DNA of 62,156 nt, counting the filler, from Chiloscyllium plagiosum (taxonomy: Eukaryota), in assembly GCF_004010195.1 (NCBI RefSeq). It is 4 parts of one record of this genome, joined end to end, with 100 filler letters (N's around TTAATTAATTAA, not from the genome) between each part and the next. Parts side by side here need not be neighbours in the genome. Positions count along the whole stretch, not along the records: positions 53,017 to 58,305 come from NC_057715.1; positions 58,406 to 62,156 come from NC_057715.1; 2 more parts are not named here. The stretch is one strand, 5' to 3'. Under the pieces are notes generated by a model. It was given only the letters and a program-made list of their open reading frames with translations. It made no database searches and was not told where the DNA came from. This document shows, piece after piece, positions 53,017 to 62,156 of this stretch; the first letter of the stretch is position 1; the number at the start of each line of letters is the position of its first letter. A program made the position numbers and the translations under genes.

Positions 53017-54205
53017 GGAGTGCATTACTTCCCCCTCCAACTCTATTTTGATTTAATCCATGTCCTCCTCTTCACTGTTTGATCACACAGCATTGCCGTT
53101 TTGTGAAGGGCAGTGCTTGTCACTGACCACTTGGGTATTTCCTTTCTTCCTGGTGGTGGAAATTGAATAAAAATTCATACACCTTGTGTCTCTTACTGGG
53201 GGGGAAAAAAAAAATAACCAGGAGATCTTCCCATGGGTCTGCTCCTGGGCCTGGCCAAACTGGCCATCAACAGGTCGAGGCAGCGGGCCGTGGAGGGGGT
53301 CGTGAGGTCCAACTGCCTGCCCCTCTTCCGCGGTTACGTTAGAACCCGGGTGTCCTTGGAGAAGGAGCATGAGGTGTCGACCAACACCCTGGAGTTGTTC
53401 AGGGAGAGGTGGGCACCGCAGGGAGAGGAGTGCATTACTTCCCCCTCCAACTCTATTTTGATTTAGTCCCTACCCTCCCCTTCACTGTTTGATCACACAG
53501 CATTGTCCTTTGATGTGAAGGGCACTGCTTGTCACTGGCCACTCGGGTGTTTTCTTTCTTGCTGGTGGTGGAACCTGAATAAAGCTTCATGCGCCTTGTG
53601 TCTCCCACTGTGTCTCACACCTGCACATACACGACATGGGTGCTGGGGAATAAATAAGCACTACTGCAGTTAGGTGGTAGTGTGGGAATACAAAAAAAAA
53701 TTTTTTTAAATATATAACCAGGAGATGTCGTCATGGGTCTGTTCCTGGGCCTGGCCAAACTGGCCATAAACAGGCCAAGGCAGCAGGCTGTGGAGGGGTC
53801 ATTGTGACCAATTGCCTGTCTCTCTTCTGCAGTTATGTCAGAGCCCTGGTGTTCCTGGAGAAGGAGTATGCAGTGTCCACCAACGCCCTTGAGATTTTCA
53901 GGGAGAGGTGGGCACCACGGGGAATGGAGTGGATTATTTCCCCCTCCAACTCTATTTTGATTTAATCCCTGCCCTCCCCTTCATTGTTTGATCATGCAGC
54001 ATTGCCCTCGTCACTGGCCACCCTGGTGTTTCCTTGCTTCCTGGCGGTGGAAACTGAATAAAGATTTGTACAGCTGTTGTCTTTCACTGTGTCTCACACC
54101 TACACACACGCAACATGGGTGCTGGGGAAAATATAAGCACTACCGCAGTTAGGTGGTAGTGTGGGGGAAGAAAATGAAGAAAAAAAAAGTATATAACCAG
54201 GAGAT
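53017..54205 (+). mobile_element. Tandem array of at least three 3'-end fragments of a second Tx1-like LINE family
   Basis: ORF 53233-53466 (GLLLGLAKLAINRSR...FRERW...) resembles a Tx1 ORF2 C-terminus; each unit has AATAAA and an A-rich tail followed by ATAACCAGGAGAT (53214, 53714, 54193). Confidence 0.8.
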
Positions 54206-54564
54206 TAGAATCTCCTCAGGTAAGGACTGATTCCAAGCTGGCTGACCACAGACAGTGTACTGTGCACTAATAAATAAAAGATGGCTTGGTGACTGGTCCT
54301 GACTTCTGTGCACTTCTTTCAGTCTTCATAAATATTTAATTCTAATCTTAGTTGACAAAAGTATTTAATTTTTGTCGAAAGGTGATTTTCTCTGAGGGTG
54401 GTTAGGGATATGCAATAAAGTCAGGTATTGCCAGCAAAGGCCACATCCTATTGATAAATAAAAGAAACAATATTTCTCACTGATTCTGTATGATTCGTTC
54501 CTGTGTGCACAAGTTTTGCCTTTGGCTTGATTTACATAAATGTACCAGGATTTTGGTTGGGCCA

Positions 54565-55097
54565 CTTTTAGAATAATGCATTCAATTCTGCTCTGCCTGA
54601 TATAGAAAATATGTTGTAAGACTTGAAAGGGTTCAGAAAAGGTTTACAAGGATGTTGCCAGACCTGGAGGGTATGAGCTGTAGGGAGAGACTGAATAGGT
54701 TGGGGCTTTTTACCTTGGAGCATTAGAAGCTGAGAGATGACCTTGTAAAGGTTTATAAAATCATGAGGGGCATGGAAAGAGTAAATAGACAAGGTCTTTT
54801 TCCCAGGGTAGAGGAGTCCAAAGTTAGAAGGCATAGGTTTAAAGTGAGAGGGGAAATATTTAAAAGAGACCTGAGGAGCAACGTTTTCATGCAGAGCTTG
54901 ATGCGTACATGAAACAAACTGCCAGAGGAGGTCGTGCAGACTGGTACAATTACAACATTTAAAAGGCATCCGATTGGGTTTAGAGGGATATGGGCCAACT
55001 GCTGACAAATGAGACTAGATCAGTTTAGGATATCTATTCAACATGGATGAGTTGGACTGAAGGATCTGTTTCCGTGCTGTATAACTCCATGACTTCT
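54565..55097 (+). mobile_element. CR1-like LINE 3' end
   Basis: Similar to 50420-50968 (CTTGAAAGGGTTCAGAAAAG...TTTACAAG...). Confidence 0.8.
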
Positions 55098-57529
55098 TCT
55101 AAATCATCAGAAAGAACTAAGGAATTTTGTTTTTCTGCAAAATATTTCAATACTAAGAGCACAGGGGAGGCAAATATTGTTGTGTTCAATATAGCTTCAA
55201 TCTCAATAGTTAGAGAGCTAGTTTTGATAAATTAATAATACCCTAAATGATGTTGTAAATTCATTAGACAAAGCTGTAGACAATATGATAAAATTAAAGG
55301 CTTTACAGCCACATCAGTCAATCTAATTACCTTTTAGTGCTTATGTAGTGAGTTATAACACTAATCTCCAATTTGCATATTCCTAGCAACTTTACAATTC
55401 TGTTTGTACCTAAGTGTCAAATAATACCACATTGATAAAGAATAAGTGGAGTGAATAATGGCCAAAGCAATTCAGACCTCGTCAATATTTTTTACAACAT
55501 CGTAAAAGCCAATTACTCTCAAATTAAGGAGTGAAATTTGTTGACAGCAATTTTGAATGATAATATTTAGGAAACAATTATCTTGAGTGAATTATAGTGC
55601 TTGGAGTATTAAGTGATTTCTCAGTTCAGTTAAATTGCCATTGGGTTTCCTGTTCTGTTTTCTCCTGTGCTATTTTAATATAGAGATTGAGAGCTAGCAT
55701 CATTCGAGAATGTATTATTATAAACTATGTAAGCTTTTGAGGTAAAATGTCAGCAAATAGTTATAAGTTTGACATCGTTTTGTGTTATTTTCAAAAGAAA
55801 ACACCAAAATATCATTGTTTTATGGGGATTTATTGTTGAGATGTTTTGCCAGATATAGATAACACTTCAAATTGTGCTCTGCCTAATTTTTGAGGCTAAT
55901 GTTAGAACTTGCACTGCTGTACTCCACCTTTTCATTATTGCCCTCTCCACCTCTTTCCTTAAAACTCACCTGTTCAAACATGTTTTAGCCAACTGACCTA
56001 ATCACTCACTATGGAAGCAAAACACAGCAGATGGAAATCTGAAATAAGACTCAATTATGATAGATTTGTCCAGAAATATTGACTTTGTTTCTTTCTCCAT
56101 TAACCTTTTGAGTATTTGCAGCATTTTCTGTGTTTATTCCTAATATCTCCTTATAGATGAGCCCCAGATAAATTGAGAAGGTTAGCAGCAGGAAAGGAAG
56201 TTGTTTATTAATCAGCTGCCAAATCCAAAATGCTGATCAGCACCATGGTGATCAATCAGAGTTAAGGCTATCCTATGAAACATGGAAAAGTTGCAAGATA
56301 AAGCAATTCGAACATCTTCTTATACAGTTCAGTGTCAGTGACAGTCTGATTACACTCTCTGTGAAAATCCCTTTGGGGTATTTTACTATGTTAAAAAAAA
56401 CTATATAAATATAAGCTTTTGTTGTTGCATTTAACGACAAGCTGAGAGTTCTCTCAGGGTCCAAGCTGACACCCTTCTCACAAACAAACCGACAATTAAA
56501 TAACTTAATCGGTCACCATTTCATTGCTATATGTGAAGTGTCATTACTTACAATATATACCTATGAAATAGCCATCACTACATTTCAAACTTAGTGAACT
56601 TACAAATCATTTGAGAAGTTTTGATGATATAATACTATTTGCACAGAGCCATGTTTGTGTTACTGTTGAGTGAAGCTTCAAATAATAAACTGATGTTACA
56701 GTTATAAAGTTTACAACATGTTATGTCTTGGGATTGTGCATTAAATAAATTTAAGGTAAAATGAAGGGGATAATGTAACCTGTACTGAAGCTTGCTGAAC
56801 AGCAGGACTGGCTGGTTTGTTTGTTCAATATTAAACGGTCTCAGATTCTTTTAATAATAAGAAGGTGAAATGTGCTTTCACCTGGAGAAAATACAGCATT
56901 GTACATGCTAGCAATGGATAGATGATAAGGCTGCAATGTTTCAGAAAAGTATTGAGAATGTTTGGTTTCAAACAGTGTACATGAAACTGTCTATTCAGTT
57001 CTAAGGTGAAAGAGAATTGGCTATCAAGGTTAGCTAGTCAGCATTTCTGCCTAGATACAAAGCTCATGAGATTCAAGTTGCCATTAAGTTGTGCTTTGAG
57101 AGGGGAAGGATCAAAGTAATTCCTGAAATCTCACAAGCAAGGTTAACCTACCAAGCTTTGAGAGGGAGAGAGTGAGAGAGCTAGAGGCTTAATACTTCTG
57201 TGCTTCAACTTGGAGGAATGCAGTTAAGAGCATGCACTCAGACTGGAAAGGCCAAATACATGGAGAGTAAAAATATGCCTGAAGAGTTGCCTAGATTTAC
57301 CTAAACAGGGAATTCTCCAGGAAAACTCACAGCTTGAAAGACAGTTCTAGAATTCAGAGTTTCCAGGCTAGGAAAGGAATACATCAGAAGTAAATCTTTA
57401 GGAACTAGAAATCAGCCAAGTGTTATTTTCTGTTGAGTTTCATGACATGTTTCTGTCAGTGAGGCGTAATGGGTTTTCTCACACTATCATCCTTAACCCA
57501 TCTCATTAACTAGGTACCCTACCCTTATG

Positions 57530-57776
57530 GGAGAAAGTGAGGTCTGCAGACGCTGGAGATCAAAGCTGAAACTTTATTGCTGGAACAGCACAGCAGGTCA
57601 GGCAGCATCTAGGGAACAGAAGATTCGACGTTTCGGGCACATGCCCTTCTTCAGGAATGAGCAGAGAGTGTTCAGCAGGAGAAGATAAAAGGTAGGGAGG
57701 AGGGACTTGGAGGAGGGGCGTTGGAAATGTGATAGGTGGAAAGAGGTCAAGGTGAGGGTGATAGGTCGGAGTAGGG
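57530..57776 (-). mobile_element. Penelope-like terminal fragment with the best-preserved hammerhead-like motif
   Basis: Minus strand 57658-57623 reads ATTC-CTGAAGA-A-GGGC-ATGT-GCCC-GAAAC-GTC-GAAT. Confidence 0.75.
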
Positions 57777-58305
57777 TAACTATCCGTGATCCCAGTCTGG
57801 TTCACTGTGATCCTGACCTAATTAAATGTGATCCCAGTCTGCTTCACCGTGATCCTGACCTAACTATCCGTGATCCCAGTCTGCTGCACTGTGATCCTGA
57901 CCTAACTATCCGTGATCCCAGTCTGCTGCACTGTGATCCTGACCTAACTATCCGTGATCCCAGTCTGCTGCACTGTGATCCTGACCTAACTATCCGTGAT
58001 CCCAGTCTGCTGCACTGTGATCCTGACCTAACTATCCGTGATCCCAGTCTGCTGCACTGTGATCCTGACCTAACTATCCGTGATCCCAGTCTGCTGCACT
58101 GTGATCCTGACCTAACTATCCGTGATCCCAGTCTGCTGCACTGTGATCCTGACCTAACTATCCGTGATCCCAGTCTGCTGCACTGTGATCCTGACCTAAC
58201 TATCCGTGATCCCAGTCTGCTGCACTGTGATCCTGACCTAACTATCCGTGATCCCAGTCTGCTGCACTGTGATCCTGACCTAACTATCCGTGATCCCAGT
58301 CTGCT
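57777..58305. repeat. 42-bp minisatellite (TAACTATCCGTGATCCCAGTCTGCTGCACTGTGATCCTGACC)n, about 12.6 copies, truncated by the spacer
   Basis: Directly visible; first two units carry substitutions and the rest are identical. Confidence 0.97.
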
Positions 58306-58405
58306 NNNNNNNNNNNNNNNNNNNNNNNNNNNNNNNNNNNNNNNNNNNNTTAATTAATTAANNNNNNNNNNNNNNNNNNNNNNNNNNNNNNNNNNNNNNN
58401 NNNNN
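58306..58405. other. Artificial contig-joining spacer: 44 N + TTAATTAATTAA + 44 N
   Basis: Same structure as 25056-25155. Confidence 0.95.
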
Positions 58406-59620
58406 CCCGGGGGACTTATCAATCTTAATGTTTTCCAAAATTTCTAGCATATCAACTTTATTAATCTTGTTCTGGTCAAGACTGTATCCCAGCTCCTCTA
58501 AGTTTTTATTTACAACAAGTTCCCTTTCCTTGGTGAAAACCAAAGCAAAAAACTCATTTCAGCTTTCCCTATCTGCTCAGACTCCACACACACAAGTTCC
58601 CTACACTATCCCTGATCAGCCCTACCTTCTCCCTGATCATTCTCTTATTCCTCACGTATGATTAAAATACCTTTGGGTTCTCCCAAATCCTTACTGCCAA
58701 GCCTTTTTCATGCTCCCTCTTGGCTCTCCTCGGTCCATTTCTGAGCTCCTTCCTAGCAAGCCTGTAATCCTCTAAAGCTGTGCTAGATCCTTGCTCCCTC
58801 CACCTTACGTAAACTGCTTCCTTCCTTTTGACGAGATGTTCCTCTGTTTTCGTCATCCAAGGTTCCTTAATCTAACCCCTTCTTACCTGTCTCAGAAGAA
58901 CAAATTTGTGCATCACTCGCAACAACTGCTCCTTAAATGGGGCACAACAGACCTGTGGAGACTTTGTGTGGAACAATAGCTCCCAGTCTGTACTTCCCAA
59001 CTCCTGTCTGATAGTGTCATAATTTCCTTTTCCCCAATTAAATATCTTCCATCAGTAACTGCTCCTTTCCCTCTCCAAGGCTATAGTAAATGTGAGGCAA
59101 TTGTGATCACTTTCACCAAAGTGCTGTCCCATCGCGAGACCTGACCTCTGTCCTGGCTCATTGCAGAGCACCAAATCCAAAATGGCCTTGTCAGTCTGTC
59201 TACATACTGAGTAAGGAAACCCTCCTGCACACACCTGACAAAAACGGCTCCATCCAAACCATCTGCACTTAGGAGGTTCCAGTCGATAATGGGCAAGTTG
59301 AAATCACCCATAACAACAACCCTGCTACATTTGCATTTTTCCAGAATCTGCTCGCTTATGAGATCTCCAATCTCTCTCCTGCTATTAGGTGGTCTGTAGA
59401 AAGTCCCCAATGCGGTGGCTGTTCCCTTGCTGTTCCTAACTTCCACCCAGACTCAGTAGACAAATCTTCCTCAACAACCTTCGTTTCTGTAGCTGTGATG
59501 CACATTCTGATTAGCAGTGCTACACCCCCTCCTCTTTGTCCACCCTCCCTGTTCTTTCTAAATGTTCTAAACCCTAGAACATGAAGCAACTATCCCTGAA
59601 GGACCATTCCTGCCCCTGTG
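58406..59620 (-). mobile_element. CR1-like LINE ORF2 endonuclease region, decayed
   Basis: ORFs contain GGGVALLI, FYRPPNS, VVVMGDFNLPIIDW, ILDLVLCN and GESDHN, which are APE-like endonuclease motifs. Confidence 0.9.
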
Positions 59621-61864
59621 ATGGAGATCAGAAGGATAAGGAGGGAATTTAATTGAAACCTCCAGAATCCTGTATGACCTGGACAGAACAAATGTTGAAA
59701 AGATGTTTTCATTGGTCAGAGAGACTAGGATCCGTGGGCACAGACTTAGAGTAAAGTGACAACCCTTTAGAATGGAGATGAGGAAAAACTTCTTCATCTA
59801 GAGAGTGGTGAATCTATGGAATTCACTGCCAAGGAAGGCTGTGGAGGCAAGGTCATTGAGTATATTTAAGACAGATTGTTTAGTCAAATGATTGTTATGG
59901 GGATCAAAGGTTATGGGGAGAATGGCATTGAGAAACTTAACCATTATTTGAATGGCAGAGAAGACCCGATGGGCTGAATGCCCTAATTCTGCTCCTCTGT
60001 CTTAGGCTCACACCAATTCCTATTATGAGATGGCTTGCTTTTAGCACAGTCACCCACTCACATGTACTCTTGTGGGTTGTTTTCAGTGCATCTCAGTACA
60101 TTGTCCTTTTTATTATCTGTTATGCAGGGTCTCCCAAACCCCCTGGCCTACTATCCATAATCTCCTTGTTTACCGAACCCTTTTGTGTGTGTCTGTTGCT
60201 TTAAGTTCATTAACATTTAAAAGAATGAGGGGTGATATCATTGTAACACAAGATTTTGAGAGGGCTTGACAGGGTGGATGTTGAGAGAATGTTTCTATTA
60301 ATGGGGGAAATCTTGGACAAGGAATTGTAGTTACAAAATAAGAAGACATTGATTTAAAAGTAAGGTGTGAAAGAATTCCTTCTGAAGATAGCAAATGTCT
60401 GGAATTTTCCACCGCAGAGGCTGGTAAAGGCTAGATCACTGAAACTATAAGGAGGGGGAGATAGCCTCAACTTGTCAAAAATGTATGAGCAGCTGGCATG
60501 AAAGAGCAATTCAGGCCTGGGAAAATCAGTAATGAACTTGCAGAATGGTGAGCCAGGCTTGAGGGGCAAAATGACCTATTCCTGCTCCTTTTATGTTAAA
60601 ACCAGTCTGCAAAACAGCTGTTTAGTTTTGGTCTCAATCCTATCCTCTCTTTGACCTTGTTAATACTTAAGCAGCAATTTGGTCGAGCACACCACCTTGA
60701 AAGGCAGTGCCATGCAATGCAGGTGATGCTTTTCTTGACAAATCTTTGACTCTGAACCCTTAAAATTGTTAAAATAAGCACATTATACTGGTAACAACAC
60801 CTGATCTAGTCACAAACTACATATAACATTGCCTCTGGCTTAAAAGTAGCATTAATTTCAATTTCCAAATTAGAATCCGTATGATGGAAATGTAAATCTA
60901 GGCTTTGCGGTAAGGCAGCTGCTTCTAGAATCCAAATTAAACTGGAAATGAAGCCTATGGCGTTTTAAGTTTCTTTTGTCTTGTTTAAAATACTTTGCTA
61001 GTGTTCAGTCTTCTTCAAGTTTTTCTGCTCTTCACATGACATTACGTTGTCATGCCTCACTGGGATAATCCACTGGAAATCAAACTCCACAGATTTTATA
61101 AAATTACACCAATTTACCTGAATCATTTTTTTAGATCAAGTTGACAAAGCATGGATTGAGCTTCTGTACTGATAAAGAATTGTAAATTTTCATAAATAGA
61201 TTTTAACTATAAACTGTTGATCAGAATTCAAATAAACACAATAAAACATTGGTGTAGAAAAACTGGGAATGTAGTTCAGTGCTCTATGTCCACACGATTT
61301 GCTGCAGTAATCCTTTGGAGTTGTCAGGACACCCGTTCGTCAATCTGTCTCTTCAGGTGTTGTCACTTCCTTACAGAAAGCAGTGATTCGTTCACAAGTT
61401 ATAAAGTCTCTGACATATTAATTAATAAGCAACAGATGACAGCAACTTGTGAGGGTAAATAAATTGACTTCCTTCAGGCTTTGGGTACTCTTTTTACTGC
61501 AGAGACAAAGAGTGGTGTAGTGGCTTCTAGCTATCACAGCCACAAACTGGCTCCAAAAGCTAAACAGTTGCTGAGTTATTGGCAAACAGAGGATACTTGT
61601 CATCAGCAACTGGTTACCATTCCAGTCATCTTGTATTTGGCTAACTACAAAACTATAATTGTAAGTGTCTTGGGACATTAGATCTGTTATCACTTCAGCA
61701 AAAAAGTTCAAGATTTAATTTTGTTTGACTTTCTACTCTTAATAATCAGCAGAGCATCTTCTAGGTATTAGTTTTGGGTAGCTGAGGAGTCTAAATGAAC
61801 GATGCCTAAGTGAAGGATTTTTTTTCACTTTTCTCGTCACCTTCATTTTGCCCGAACTGTTGAT

Positions 61865-62156
61865 TCATAGAACATAGAACATAGAAGAATACAGCGCAGT
61901 ACAGGCCCTTTGGCCCTCGATGTTGCGCCGATCCAAGCCCACCTAACCTATACTAACCCACTATCCTCCATATACCTATCCAATGCCCGCCTAAATGCCC
62001 ATAAAGAGGGAGAGTCCACCACTGCTACTGGCAGGGCATTCCATGAACTTACGACTCACTGAGTGAAGAACCTACCCCTAACTTCAGTCCTATATCTACC
62101 CCCCCTTAATTTAAAGCTATGCCCCCTCGTAATAGCTGACTCCATACGTGGAAAAA
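61865..62156 (-). mobile_element. CR1-like LINE 3' end with (CATAGAA)n tail, continuing beyond the window
   Basis: CATAGAACATAGAACATAGAA at 61866-61886 followed by sequence similar to 12180 onward. Confidence 0.8.

Noticed and set aside
57777..58305. CRISPR-like array or repeat-protein gene (ORF 57707-58357)
   Set aside because: Units are contiguous and identical with no unique spacers and no cas genes. The ORF arises because the 42-bp unit is a stop-free multiple of three; it starts in a Penelope fragment and ends in the synthetic spacer.

Overview
This is AT-rich, repeat-dense vertebrate genomic DNA. The repeat repertoire (CR1-like LINEs, tRNA-headed SINEs, Deu-domain SINE-like pieces, Penelope-like elements, Tx1-like LINEs) suggests a cartilaginous fish; that is an inference. 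The window is not one contiguous locus. Three identical 100-nt spacers (44 N + TTAATTAATTAA + 44 N; 25056-25155, 52917-53016, 58306-58405) join four separate pieces, and there is also a plain 410-N gap (48300-48709). Piece 1 carries nine consecutive minus-strand coding exons of an ERM gene, best matching radixin (RDX; FERM domain plus start of the helical region), all with GT-AG sites and compatible phases. Piece 2 starts with a nearly intact Tx1-clade LINE 3' half, then four plus-strand Tudor-domain exons matching RNF17/TDRD4, Penelope-like remnants, a solo LTR and a possible decayed zinc-finger gene. Pieces 3 and 4 are repeats only. The most interesting signals are hammerhead-ribozyme-like cores at the ends of several Penelope-like repeats, a tandem array of Tx1 3' ends separated by a repeated target-like 13-16-mer, and a homogeneous 42-bp minisatellite. 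I found no convincing wholly new biological system; the candidates are variants of known phenomena. All homology calls are from recall, not database searches, and repeat boundaries are approximate.
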